Source: Narcine bancroftii (Eukaryota). Taken from it: DNA of 64,000 nucleotides. The first letter of the stretch is position 1, and every line of letters starts with the position of its first letter. The stretch is from the NCBI RefSeq assembly GCF_036971445.1, contig NC_091474.1, positions 178,250,001-178,314,000 of the forward strand, read 5' to 3'. The notes beneath the pieces are model-generated. The model did not search any database and was not told the DNA's origin. It saw only the letters and a list, made by a program, of their open reading frames with translations. Positions 38,801 to 52,515 of the stretch are shown here, piece after piece. The translations under genes and the position numbers were made by a program.

Positions 38801-40299
38801 GCAGCCTAGACCCTGAAAAAGGTCACTGTATTCTTTCATGAGTTCATCATAGACTGTCTTTCCTTTGCTTTCCACAACGAGGACTCATTTTGCCATGTTC
38901 AGTTTCTCACAGCTGTTAAACCTAGTATAGCCTGTACATGATGAATGTTACCATGTGCTCTTTGTCCTTGTGTTTCACTTTGACGATGCATTCTCCTTGC
39001 ACTGGTATATCAGTACCTGAATATTCTGTAACCTTCACTTTTGTTCCATACATCTTTGGACTCAGTCTAATCTTCTTAAAATCAGTCTCTGATATTACAT
39101 TAATTTGTGCTCCAGTATCAAATTTAACTGAAATGTATATGTCATTCACTTTTAATCTCAGCATCCAGTCTGTTTTCTTTCTTGTTTTCAGTCACATCTA
39201 CATAGAATTCCTCTATCCCCCTTTCAACTACTGCATGAACCTTGCTTTGTTGCATTTGATTCCAACAGCAGTGGGCATAATCGTTCCTTTAGTTGCACAT
39301 ATTGTATGTTTTACCATATGCTGGACACTTTTTTGGTAGGTGTTGTGTACCGCATCAACGACATGGCTTTCAATTGTCCCTTTCATCTTTGTTCGCTGGC
39401 TACACCTTTCTTTCCACTTTTGTGTGCTTTTTCTTGAACGGTTTATGTCAGTTCTTGCCTACTGCATCCACATTGCAGCTAATTTCACTGAACAGCTCTT
39501 CTGCCTGCATTTTTACAGTTTCTGGCTTTTTCCAGGTCGAGATTTGCTCTCTTAGCAGTCTTTTCCTTAGTCAGGAATACCACACTCAAGTCTATCTTTT
39601 ATCAGCAAGTCGGTCAGTCCACCAAATTCACAAGTTTTGCTTCTGTTTCTCAATTCAGTAACATACTGATAAATACTTTCTTCCACTTTCTGTACACGTA
39701 AAAAATCTGTGCCTCTCAAATGCCATGTTACGTTTGGGTATAGAGTAAGCCTCAAACTTTTCCATTATTTTTTTCCAATTTCATTTTGTCTCCTTCAGCA
39801 GCATTATTATTATACACCTCCAGGGCTTCATCACATGTAAGAAAACTGACATTTTTACTTTATCGCTTTTTTCATCAGCTCCGACTTCCAATAAATATAA
39901 TCCAAAATGCTATTTAAATCTGTTCCAATCTTCAGCCACATGACCTGTCAGCTGAAGTTTCGCTGGTGGATGTAATCCTTCCATTTTTTTAACTGTGTTA
40001 GCTTCTCTTCACCAATCTGTGGCTGACTTTAGATTTTACCTTCAAAATATGTCCTTTTAATTTCCTTCATCCCAGTTCTGATACCATGTTTCATCTTGTA
40101 TTCGTATGTGTGAGTTCTTAGACAATACATGGATGAAGGAAAAGGTTCTTTATTTTAAAGTTGATGTAAACAGCACATGAGGCATGCCATGAGGCATTAC
40201 AGGTCTGCATACTGTGTATTATCCCTCTGCTGGTAGCCAAGTCTAATCAAACAGTAAGGCACTGCTAGTTGCATTGCAACCATGATCTCTATCATTACA
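35867..40299 (-). mobile_element. Decayed full-length Gypsy LTR retrotransposon (Mag-like)
   Basis: LTRs 40299-40087 and 36061-35867; PBS TGGTATCAGAACTGGGA (40086-40070, tRNA-Leu-like); PPT AAGAAAGGGAGA; gag ATG at 39984, protease FDTGA, RT RLPFG/MDDIIVWG, integrase TDNG; many stops and frameshifts. Confidence 0.93.
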
Positions 40300-41399
40300 G
40301 AGTTCATTACAGGTTCAGAGTCGGTTTTAGTTTTTTTCAGACTAGAAGACCTTATGTTTCTGTACTAGGACCCTTAAATTTTTTAATATATATGTAAATA
40401 GGATTTTTGGGCTAAGGTGAATAAATTTGCTGATGGCATAAACATATGTGCTACAGTGGACAATGAAGAAGGTTGATAGCGTTTACAATGGGTTCTAAAT
40501 TGGATGGGACTATGGTAATGAATGCCAGATGCAGTTCAACCCAGAGAAGTGTGAGGTGTCACAATTCCATCAAATGAACCTGGCAAGACTTTTTCTGCTA
40601 ATGGCAATACCCTAAACACTGTTATGGAGCAGGGGGACCAAGCATGCAGGTGCTTAGCACTTTAAAGAGCACAGGTAGACAAATAGTGAAGGATATCATG
40701 TGGATATCCTGCGAGGTATTGATGAGACCACACTTGCAATAATGTGCACAGTTTTGTTCACCTAGTGATTAAAAAGATATGATTAAGTTAGAAAGTGTCA
40801 GAACTGGTTTTTGAATGTTATTGCCAAGATTAGGGAAGCTATTGTGAGAGACTGGAAAAACTAGGCCTATTTTCCTTAAAGGAAATATTCTCAATTTGAG
40901 AAACTATCTCATTGACAAATCATTGGTGATACAAATACAGAAAAAAAAATCTTTCTGCATCAAATTATGATTATGTGAAATGAACTGCCTGATAGAAAGG
41001 TAGAAGTAGGTTCAATATTATAAGCATTTAACAAAAATAATCTCAGTGGAAACATTTCAGGGATATGTGGAAAAGGACATTGAGCTCATGGATGGCACAT
41101 CGAATGGAAAAGCTTGGATGGCTTCTTCCATGCCACATTGTTCCATGATTTTATGAAACATAATCCCAAAGATGAGATAAGGGATGGGGGAAAATGAAAA
41201 TATGGCCATTGTCAAAAAGTATGAAATCAACACAGAATTTAAATACATACTGAAAACCACAAAATATACAACACACAACACTGTACCAAAATCTAACCTT
41301 CAGGATCTTCTGTGATTTCTTCCTTTGTGCCCTTTCCTCAAACTCAGGCCATTTTCTACCCTTCTTATAAAACCATCTAATCTTAGAATAAAATAGAAT

Positions 41400-44300
41400 A
41401 ATAGAACAGGCTTGGAGATTAAGGAAGAGAAAGTGTTGGATCTTCTTAAAAACTTCAAATTGATAAGTCCCTGGGGCTGGATGCAATATATCCCAGGTTG
41501 CTGTGGGAAGTGAGGGAAGAGATTGCTGGGGCAGTAACAATGATCTTTGAGTCCTCTTTGCTGCAGGGGAGGTGCCAGAGGATTTAAGAATGGCAAATGT
41601 AGACCCCTTGTTTAAGAAAAGCAATAAAGAGAATATTGGAAATTTGTAGACTGGTGAGTCTTATGTCAATGGTGTGCAAATATTGGAGAGGATTCTTAAG
41701 GATAGGATCTATGAGAATCTGGAGAAGCACAGTCTACTCAAGGATAGTTACCATAGTTTTGTGAAGGGAAGATCGTGCCTCATGAGCCTTATTGAGCTTT
41801 TTGAGGAGGTAACAAAATAAATTGTTAAGGCTAGGGTGATAGATGTGGTTTACCTATATTTTAGTAAGGCATTTGACAAGGTCCCCCATGAGAGACTCAT
41901 TCAGAAAATGATGAGGAATGGGATCCATGAAACCTTGGCTGTATGGATTTTTTTTAATGGCTTGCAGGTAGAAAGCAGAGAGTAGTAATGAAAGGAAAGT
42001 ATTCTGCCTGGAGGTTGATGACTAGTGGAGTTCCCCTGCTCTTTGTGATTTTTATAAGTGACATGGATGAAGAGGCAGAAGAATCAGTCAGTAAGTTTGC
42101 AGGAAGGTTGGAGGAGTTGTGGATGGAGCTGAAGTTTGTTGAAACTTACAAGAGGATAGAGACAGGATGCAGAGATGGGCAGAAAAGTGGCAGATAGATT
42201 TCAATCCAGATAAGTGTGAGGTAATGCATTTTGGAAAGACAAATCAGAATGCTGAATACAGGGTTAATGGTAAGTTACTTGAGAGAGTAGATGAACAGAA
42301 GGACCTTGAGGTCCAAATCCATACATCCCTCAAAGTTGCCGCACAGATAGGATAGTTAAGAAGGCCTATGAGATGCTGGGCTTCATTTATAGGGGGATTA
42401 AGTTCAAGAGTAGAGAGATGTTGGGCACTATCGGTAGCACCAATAATGATGCAGACAGAAGACTCAGGCGAAAAATAGGCTTTATTGAGCTAGAGACTGC
42501 TGGCCCAGGTCTAGGCTAGGAAAATGAATGGGAAGGAGAGGGGACTTGAGCTTTATGGCCCGGGGTCACATGGGCAGGACTAAGGGAGGAGCTAAGGCAG
42601 GAGGCCGGGCCAGCCAGTGCATATAATCATATCACCACATTCACCCCCTTTTTTAAAAAAGGACCCACTGGTAAACAACAAAACTGTGGGCGAAAACAGC
42701 ACCAATTCAACAATGCAGCAGTATTTAACAATTATTAACCAAAGTGGTGGGAGAAGCGGATGCCTCCCACTGGCTAGAGGTTGAGCCGCACAGGCGGCCT
42801 CTTCTGTCTGCCGGACTGCCAGGGAATTGGTGTGTCCATACAGTGCTCCTCTGGAGAGGGGGCCGACGGGGGAGTATCCTCTACAGGAACTGTGAGAGTT
42901 GGGGTGCTGGCGGTGGACTCCAGGAGTGCTGGGGGATTCTCCACGAGGGATAGAAGCCTGGACGTCCGCTGGCAAGACAGGCAGCTTGGACTCCAGGGTC
43001 ATGCTCAGATGTAGCTCCATCGGGTCCATGGCGTGGTCAGCAGCTGGCAAGACAGTCTCGGGGTCTCCAACCCTTGCCAGGTCTTGTATGGGCACAGTGT
43101 CCTCGTGGCCATCCAGGTACCTCATAAATGCGTATTGGCCTCTGACTTGCTTCCGAAGGAGAACTAGTCCTGGGGTTGTCAGCCAGGGAGGGAGGGATGG
43201 AAGAATCATTCACCGACCTCCTAGGAAAAGCAGAGAGGTGTTCATGCGGGGTGGTGTTAGTAGTGGTGCACAGTAATGACCGGATGGCGGGGAGAGCTTC
43301 AGGAAAGATGTCCTGCCAGTGGGACACTGGCAAATGTTTGGACCTAAGGGCCAGGAGCACTGCCTTCCAGATGGTGCCATTCTCCCTTTCCACCTGGCCA
43401 TTACCTCTGGGGTTATAGCTGGTGGTCCTGCTGGTGGCTATGCCTCTGGTCAAAAAGTACTGAAGCAGCTCGTCACTCATGAACAAGGTCCCCCAGTCAC
43501 TATGAATATAGTCGGGGTACCCGAACATAGTGAAGATACTGCTCAGGGCCTTGATGACTGTAGCTAAGGTCATATCCGGGCAGCGGATTGCAAAGAGGAA
43601 CCTGGAAAATTCGTCCACCTCTGTCAGGTCGTAGGCGTTCCTATTTGTGGACGGGAAGGAGGCCCTAGAAATCGATGCTGAGTTGTTTAAAAGGGCGGGT
43701 GGCCTTGATGAGGTGTGCCTTTTCTGGCCGGTAGAACTGGGGCTTACACTCGGCACAGATCTGGCAGCTTCTGGTCATGGATGGACATTCTTGACTTGAT
43801 AAAGTGATACAACCTCGTGTCTCTGGGATGGCACAGATCATGTTGCAACTCTACAAATCTCTGATGAGACCACACCTAGAATATTATATTCAGTTCTGGT
43901 CACTTCTGCATAGGGAGGATGTGGAAGTTATGGAGAGGGTGCAGAGGAGATTTACCAGGATGTAATATGGATTGAAAAATGTCTTATGAGGCAAGGTTAT
44001 CAGAGCTGGAACTTATCTCTTTGGAGCATAGAAGGATGGGAGGAGACTTAATAGAGGTCTTCAAGATTATGAGAGGCATAGATAGGGTGGACAGCCAGCA
44101 CCTGTTTCGCAGGGCAGGAATAGCAAACACCAGAGGATAAATATACAAAGCGAAGGGAGAGAAGTTTAGGGGAGACATCAGGGGTAATTTTTAAAAAAAT
44201 ATTTTTACACAGAGTTGTGTGTGCTTAGAATGCCTTGTGAGGGATGGTGGTGGAGGTGGTAACAGAAGGGACATTTAAGAGACTTTTAGACAGGCACATG

Positions 44301-44420
44301 GATGGAAGTAAAATAGAGGATTACAGGGTAGGAAGGGTCTAGTACTTTTTTAAGGAATATATGGGTCAGCACAACATCAAGGGCCAAAGGGCCTGAACTG
44401 TTCTCTAGTGTTCTATACTC
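41400..44420 (+). mobile_element. CR1 ORF2 3' half, interrupted at 42419-43837
   Basis: EN-RT linker and RT motifs (FSKAFDKVPH; WAEKWQIDFNPDKCEVMHFG); continues past the insert as MLQLYKSLMRPHLEY. Confidence 0.88.
42419..43837 (-). mobile_element. One-ended Gypsy fragment: integrase + PPT + 3' LTR
   Basis: Integrase LCHP...DEFSRF...IHSDWG...GNGQVER; PPT AAAAAAGGGGGTGAA; LTR 42639-42419 (TGTGGTGA...CA). Confidence 0.88.
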
Positions 44421-45034
44421 TATGTTCAGAGGGAATATTAATGAAGTCTATAAAATCATGAGGGTGATACACAAGGTGAACAGTGACAGACCCTCTCTAT
44501 GAAGTAAACTATCTGAAGGTGAGTGGTGGTATTTGGAAGGGATGGAAGGGGACATTTCAGTCAGAGGTTGAAAATAAGATTTAATATTTATCTATCAAAA
44601 AGGAAACAGTGTATTAAAAGATCTTACTAAACTTCAAGAAGACTGTCAGGAAGAAATGAAATGAAGTTGGCTGGACTTGATAAGTCACAAGTATCTAGCA
44701 CACTAATGTGACCATGCTCTGCTTTCTCTGAGTGAAATTACCATCTTACAACAATCTGTACTGTGCCTCCCTAAATAGTGGGAACTGGGCTAAACCTGAC
44801 AAAAGCAGAGTTATGGGTCTGCTCTAACTCATGTCCAAGAGTTGAAAATGCAGCAATTATCATCTGCCAGTTACCCAATCCATCTGCTCATTTAATTGAT
44901 GACATTCTACAGCACATTCCAATCATTTCACATTTGACTCTGAAAACAGAACTTGATGCATTGACCATTTGTGAGCAATGTCAGATGGCAAACATTATAC
45001 ATTCAATTGGTAATTTATCTTTCTGATCATTCAG

Positions 45035-45154
45035 TCATCAGAGATTCCAATGTTGTGCAGCTGGACGTAGATTCTGAAGTAAATCATGTTGTGGGACCTC
45101 TGACATCACTTGCTTTCAACACCAAGATGCCTGTGTTTGTTGGAGGAGTGCCAG
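45035..45154 (+). CDS. LAMA4: LAMA4 exon 17/18 (LG5)
   Basis: cag|TC...G|gtaaat; VIRDSNVVQLDVDSEVNHVVGPL...PVFVGGVP, N-terminal part identical to recalled human sequence. Confidence 0.96.
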
Positions 45155-46185
45155 GTAAATGAAGTGATTAAACCTGTGTGCAAAAATGGAAAATGTTGCA
45201 AATGTATTATTTCAAGCAAGAATTATTTGAGATACAGTTTTTAGCTTGGAGGTCATTCTATATTGCATTTGCTACTTTATCAATAACAGAATGGAATGAG
45301 GGGAAATATAAACTTGATATAGATTAATACCCCTGGTATCCGGCACTAATGGAGATTAGTAGATGCAGGATGTGTAAATTTTCATCTTGCTGGAAATTGT
45401 GTATTACGTGACTGGTGAGTTGCACCAATTTTAAACTTCATTATTTTTTTTTAACCAATTTATTTTCTGTGATTCCCCCCCCCCGGAGTTGCTTGAGGCT
45501 GCCAGTTGATTGAATTCCAGATAACGGGTTTTACTGGATCATGAAAGACTCAGATTTGTGATCTTTGCCTTTCATATACAACCACTTTAGGAACAAGGAA
45601 TTCCTTTTCACACAAACCTAGCTTGTGTTCTTAATCGAGCTGAAATTAAACCGGTCAGAGAAACATGAGAACATATATTTCTGACCTTTTTCTGCAAGCA
45701 AATTTAAAAGAAAATAAGCTCAGGAAAAGGTGGACAGTTGCTGACAAAACATTTTTTTACTGGTGTTTACTCAGGGAAGTGAGATAAGTGCAAGCACATT
45801 GGGGTGTTTACGTCGATTCTCCAGGCTGTTGACTGGAACTGCAGCAATGAAACATGTAAAGCAGCAGGTTGAAAACCAAAATCATCTGCTATTGTGTATA
45901 TTGTATATTGGTAATATTCATACTTTTCCTAATATGAGGGAACTTAGCTTATTACTTTTTAGTCAAAAGTAAAGTAGTGCAGATGGCATAAATCTGAAAT
46001 AAAAGCCAAACATTACATAAACATTTAATGGATTAAGTAGCATCTGGGAGAAGAGTAACAAAGAAATGTGAATGTGAAATGGTATCGACCCAGAAAAATT
46101 TAAGTTGGGATTGTTTGTTCTAGCTTATAGATATTAATTTGCATTGAAACAGTTTGAAGAATAATTTTCTGTTCTATTTACTTAG

Positions 46186-46337
46186 GGTCACTGCTTAGCC
46201 CAAAACTGAGCATACGGCAATCATTCGCTGGCTGCATGAGAAACTTCAACATCAATGGAATTCCTGTCACCTTCAGCAAAGCAGCACTTGTCAGTGGAGG
46301 AGTCAGCATCAATTCATGCCCAAGCCCAGCAGCTTAG
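46186..46337 (+). CDS. LAMA4: LAMA4 terminal coding exon 18/18
   Basis: tag|GG...TAG; SLLSPKL...FAGCMRNFNINGIPVTFSKAALVSGGVSINSCPSPAA* (human ...SKAALVSGAVSINSCPAA*). Confidence 0.96.
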
Positions 46338-46849
46338 TGCTTGCCAACTCTGCTTCTCCAAACCATATGTAAGAATACGAAGGAAAGCCGAGCCAAATTA
46401 AATTCTCATATAATTTTATGGGGCAGGGTCAGTAATTTATCTCTTTTGTATTGATTTGGTTACTTCACTACTTTTATCTCACCAGTTTTCAGTTTGTCAT
46501 ACGTTTATTGCACTTGCTACCAGTTAAATCTATTTAGATCCAACAATGTTCTGTTCACTTCTTCAGTCTTAAAGGTTCAAAAGCTCTAGGCCACTATCAT
46601 TAATGACTGTGGAGGAACAGGAGTGGCTAAGACTTACCAGATCCATTAGGATCATCTTACATCAATATAATGGCCACATTTTTCCACAGGATAATAATTT
46701 AAAAAAGTCTCAATTTTTTTCAAACTTCACACAATGCTATGAAGAAAACAATACAATTCCAGCAATCACCCCATCTGTGTCAACTCACTTGATATCTACA
46801 AAAACTATCAATCCCCACCTTCAATACTGAGCAACTGAATTACACACCT

Positions 46850-47520
46850 GCCTTGGGCAGTGAATCCCAAAGATTCAATTCTTTGGATGAAGAGAATCAT
46901 TTTCCAAATAGCTCATTCCTTTTTTAAAAATAGATTGTGACTCATATTTCTAGACACCCCAGCAGGAGGAAACTGTCCCTACATCCAAGTTGTCAAACTT
47001 AATTGGATTTCAATGAGACCAACTCATTCTACTGAGCTCAACAGAGCACAGGCCCAGTCTGGTTAACCTCCCTTCATATGTCGAGATCACCATTCCCAAG
47101 AATCAATCCAGTGAACTCTTGTTGTATATTCCTCTCATTAATACTTCCTTTTTCAGATTAAGGGACCAAACCAGGGCATAGTATACTTGATTTGGTCTCA
47201 CCAGGGTTTATATATTGCAGTGAGGCATTGGTACTCAAATCCTCTTACAATAGAATACAACATGCCTTTTACTTTCCTGGTCACTGGATGAACTGCAAGT
47301 TAACTTTCAATAATTCATGTGCAAATATATCCAAGTCCCTTTGAGCTCCCACATCTTTGATATCCTACCAGGTTAAAAAAAAACTTTTCTACCTTTTATA
47401 TCTTTTCTACCTGGGTGGTCACCTCACATTTTTCGGCATAATATTCACCAACCATATCTTCTCCTACTAATTTATCTTGTCAGCACTCAACTTCAGCCTC
47501 AAATTCAGCTCACAACCCAA
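46850..47520 (-). mobile_element. Old CR1 fragment downstream of the LAMA4 stop
   Basis: Reverse of 'tataaaccctggtgagaccaaatcaagtatac...tggtttggtccc' (LVRP.LEY..FWSP). Confidence 0.6.
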
Positions 47521-49626
47521 ATTGCCATTCTGCTTTGTAGCATCACCAAATTGGCATTTGACCCTTCATCTGAATCTTAGATTGTGACCCAGCTGGAAAG
47601 AACAAATATGCTAACAGAAAGTAGGAAAACACCAAAACAGGGTTGTGTACAATCTGCTTTCAAGTTCATATAGCCCAAATTTTAAGCCTGTACCTTTCAT
47701 AATATTACAAATTGATAAGATTTCAAAATTAAGATTACATTTTGGAAATCTTCCAAGTGTGATGGTACATTTGTGCAAAGTAAACCAATTAAGAAACTGA
47801 GATAAGGAAATTATAGATATTCTGCATGCAGATATTAAATGTTAATTAAGAACCTATTGATCTTATGTATTCAAACTTTTTTTAAACAATTCAGTTTTCA
47901 TTTAAATCACAATTAACTTTTAACACCATGGGCTAAGTTTTTGAAAATGTGGCTGAATAAAATAGAGTTCCCATAAATATTCCACCATGTATGGAACAAA
48001 ATGCTGAAAAGTTAGAATGAAAATAGAGGTAATCTTCCTTCCCTAGTCAAAAAATGAAATGACACAGTTTTGAGATAGAAGATCAACTTGATCTGGAAAA
48101 TGGGATATAATTGCATTTTTCTAGTCACAAGCTAAATTTTGAACCAACACGCAATGTTTTAAGGTCATTATTCTCAAAGCTCCAAGTGGCTCATACGTTT
48201 AAGTTTGAAGTCTGGAAGAATATAGAATCCTGTGAGGCCCTCTGGTGGTGGGCATATACTGCTGCATAGTCAAAATAGTCACATTTTGTAACAGAATAAA
48301 ATTTTATTTTTCCCCAATTAAGGGATTTTTAAACAAAAATTTGAAAGTAGTAAATTTTTACCTTCATTTTCAACATTCTATGAAACTCCTCATTTCCATT
48401 TATCTCTCGACATTTTGTGTTGGTGTTTTAAGAGGAATTTGCAGTCTCTAATGCTTTATAATTAAAGATGGATTTGGAAATATTGCATTAAAAACAACAT
48501 AGATCTTCACATGACATCCAAGTTTCAGACACCTGTTAATATTTTGAATAGTTTTTTTTTTAAATAGTTCATTTTCTATCTGATCCATCTATTTTTGCCA
48601 AGGAAAACAAGTTTACATGGTCAGATTTGTGTCGGGTGGATTTCTTGAGGTAGTATTTCTAATAATCCTTGCAGCAACATAAACACATTAAAAATGTTAA
48701 ATTCCTTTTAAAATTCCAGCCTTCCCAATAACATGATTAATTAATGCTTTTCTGTCGATAAATAATTGCAGAGCCTGAGTATGTACTTTATACAGTGTTT
48801 TATACAGGTTCCTTTAAACATTGAATAATAGATCAATAAGTTTTACATTCTTGAAAATTTAGCAAAGGGAAAATACTTGTGGGGAGGGGGAACGTAACTA
48901 ATCTATTGGTTGGTCTAATTCAGCATGTACCACATATTATGGATAATATCTATACTGTACATAAAAAGATACAATAATTATAGAACTGTTTGGTATTAGG
49001 TATGTCCACAGCACAGTAATTTATCTCTGTTGTAATTGATTCCATAAGCACAAAGTAATGTAAATAGGAACAAAAAAAAGCTTATAAACAATTCAGTGAA
49101 AGCTTTTCTTTGGCTATTTAATTACTTGCCTCAATGCTGACACTGTTCATATTTTAATCCTGCAGCTTCTATGGTTTCATAAATAGGTTCAACTAGAGGG
49201 AGATTGAAATCAGCTTATTACGAGAATATCTGTACTTCCTGTGTGTAAATTTAGTGTATTTTTTAATTGTGATGTCATTAAAATCTGGTCAACTACGTAA
49301 CAATTCATTGGGAAAACAAGGATCAGAATGAAAGCTAGCAAAGATTTACCTGACTAGGTGAACAGAACATTTGAGGAAGGAACGATCAGGCTAAAGTATC
49401 CAAAGATGAGACGACACAAAATGTGTACCAAAACAAAAAAAAAACCTCAAAATTTTAGGGACAACCTGTTCATTTAATGGTATTGACCTTTGCTCCTTCA
49501 CATACACAAGAATACAGACAATTTTTATCCAAGTTAAAAAAAATGACTTTAGGACTCTTGGGAAATGTACAAATCAACAGTTATGCTTTGAATTGCTGCC
49601 TGTGAAGCTAATTGCATCACTGTACT

Positions 49627-49715
49627 AATAAATTGCAAAACCTGATGAGCAAATTTTTCACTGTAAGCTTTTCATTAATAAACATTGAATGTCAGAAGAA
49701 TGTGGCATAAATAAA
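49627..49715 (+). promoter_or_regulatory. Candidate LAMA4 polyadenylation signal cluster
   Basis: Three AATAAA at 49627, 49677 and 49710 at the end of an AT-rich stretch, just before repeats resume; earlier AATAAA at 47956 and 48295. Confidence 0.45.
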
Positions 49716-50389
49716 ATTTTCACGTATTTTGGAATTACTATTCTTTCCACTTTCTAGCCAAGGGCTCAGAGTATGCTGAGATATGCCAGTGATTTTTTTT
49801 TAGAGCAAGCATCAAGAATTGCAGGATTCCTGCATGAATTCTGAAAATGATAATGATATGATTTTATTGTCATTAACATACAAAAATGTAAAGATGCACC
49901 AAAATTCATACTTGTTGCAGTCACTTGGGTATGTAAGATAAACCAATAACAAGAATATAAATTACCACAATTAGTACAAAAAAAAGTGATGATTCAATAG
50001 CACACAGATCCTTTTGAGGTCTTAGGGTAGTTTAAGGTTAGTGTACTATGGCGAGGTTCATGATCCTGATGGCTGTTGAAAAGACTATTCCTGAACAGAG
50101 AGGTAGTAGTTTTATGGCATCTGTTCCTTCTGCCTGAAAGTAGCAATGAGAAGATGTTGAGACTAAGTTGATGTGGTTCTTTCATGAAAGCGACAACCTT
50201 CTTGAGATAATCAGTGCCCTGAGGGGGTTGGGTAGGTATGCCACTTATTCCAGCCTTCTGAGTTCCTTAAGTTTTCAAACCAGACTGTGATGCAACCAAT
50301 CAGTATACATTGTACAGTACAACTGAAAAAGTTGGATATAGTTTTTGAATCTACTCAGAATGAGGAGACATTTGCAGTTGTCTCGATGT

Positions 50390-51110
50390 GCTGGCTCAGA
50401 AGAGGATCTCTGATATGTGGACACCCAGGGATTTGAAGAGAGAAAAGTTCAGGGAAATGGACAAAGTGAATTTCAGGAAGTTGGTGGCAAAATTGGCAAG
50501 CTCATCATGGGTACAGGAGGCAGCACCGATGCTGTCATGGTAGTGAAGGAAGAGCTGAGGAGACCTGCCTGTGTAGGTTTGCAACATGGACTGTTCTATC
50601 TAATCAGCAGAGGCAGGTATAGCTGGAACCTATACTAATAGCTTTTGCTACACCTTTGATCTGGATCATGTGGAATGAGACCAAAAGAGAAGTTATTCTG
50701 GGTGAGTACAAGTTCTGCCAGTCAGAGAAGGATGGTGGTGGAGGATGACTGGTTGTGTCTGTTATCCACAAAGAAGCCGAGAGCCTTGAGGCCTTCCTTT
50801 AGGGGATGGAAGTGTACAGGGACCGGACATCCATGTTGAAAATCAGATGGTCCAGGCCAGGGAAGTAAAAGCTGCTGAAGTGGAGAGCATGCAAGGTGTC
50901 CCTGATATAGGTGGAGAAGGTCTGAACCAAGGGAGAAAAAAAAATGTAGTTGAGATGTAATGATACAGATTTGGTGGGGCAGCTGTACGTGGAGACAATG
51001 TACCTATCAAAGATGTTGGATTTGTGGATCTTGGATAGCAGTTATAACCAGACAGTTCAGGCTTAGGAAACAATGAGGTTAGAGGCTGTGGAAGGGAGAT
51101 CTCTGGAAGC
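50390..51110 (-). mobile_element. Penelope-like element RT fragment
   Basis: LFLHYHDSIGAASCTHDELANFATNF..KFT (degenerate RYIDD region). Confidence 0.7.
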
Positions 51111-52421
51111 TCATCTTTGGATGAGCAGGTTTTGTGCCATAAAACATTGTACCAGAAGACATGGTATTACAAGCACAGCAATCTGCATTTTATAACATCT
51201 TTATAATGAAATTTGTGTCTTCTCTCAATGGAATATTGCCAAACAAAATATTACAGATAACTAATGTAAGGTGATATCAAGCTAACAACAGAATGAAAGG
51301 AATAAAGGGCAAAACAAAAGCAGAAGGGTTTAGGACAATTTGATTTTAAGACCAATCTGAAGGTTTTTAAAAAAAATTTAATTTTTCACACTATGAACCA
51401 TATTGACCAAAATACACATAAACATTTCACTCTTGAATATACACAGTGTCATTTTCTCCCTTTTTACCCCCTCCCTTCCCACTCAACGTTCAACGCATTG
51501 ATGCGATGTGCTCTAATTAAAGACGGAGATGAACAGAGGACATAATTGGAATGAGCCAGATAGAATTGGTTAAGTCTGCAGGAGGCTGAAGAGAACAGGA
51601 AAGAATGTCATGAAGAATTGGAGGCCAAAAAGGTGCTTAAATTCATACTTTCCTCAACTAGAACTCAATGAAACTCATTTAGTGTCACAGTCCCAGCATC
51701 CTGGATTCGGTTCTGACATCCACTGTTCTCTGTATAGAGATTACACATTCTTCTTATGAGCATGTGGTTTTCTCTTCATATTCAAAATATGTGGATTGGT
51801 TTAGTTAATTGACTGGTATAAATTACCCCTGGCTTGCAGGTGCATGTTAGAATTTTGGGGTAGTCGACAGGAATATGGGAAGAATAGAATGAGTACAGGT
51901 GGGAGTTGTGATCAGTGTGGTCTTACTGTCTCTCTTAATGACCAACTTCAACAGTGAGTGAAAAGGAATTATAAAACATAAGATTAAGAATGGAGTTGAA
52001 TGATGCAAATATGGCCAAGAGTGCAATGAAATAGTCATTGTATGGAACCTACACATCTCAGAGATAATACTTGATAAATACATTTCATATACCTTCACTA
52101 CAGTTTAAGGGTGGGTAAGGAATTGTTCCAGAATTTTGGAGGCACAGTGAACAATGTCAAATCTATCCTTGCCTTGAACTTGCAACAGTTACTGAATCAT
52201 TAATTAATTGTAGAAATAATGAGTCTGAAGTTAATATGTCAGATGTTTTACTGACACAAATAGACTAGCAACCTCAACTGAAGATCACCAGTTATGAAAC
52301 AACTTTTCAGATGCAATGAAGAAACGACGACCCTCAGTGTCGCGCATCATCTCCGAGATTTCATTTGCTGAAACTGAATGAAAGGTGCTGATGCGATGAG
52401 TTGTTAGGAAGTCTGTCCTCG

Positions 52422-52515
52422 TTACAAGTTTGAAGGTCTTCCCATGGTAACATAGACGTCAACAGGCACATTCGTAATCGTCAGGCAGTGACTCCCATTA
52501 CATCTTCTAAGTTGC
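52422..52515 (-). CDS. FAM229B: FAM229-family protein, last coding exon
   Basis: Minus strand cacag|G CAA CTT AGA...TTG TAA = (R)QLRRCNGSHCLTITNVPVDVYVTMGRPSNL*; matches recalled human FAM229B RQLRRCPGSHCLTITDVPVTVY; convergent with LAMA4 as in human. Confidence 0.9.
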
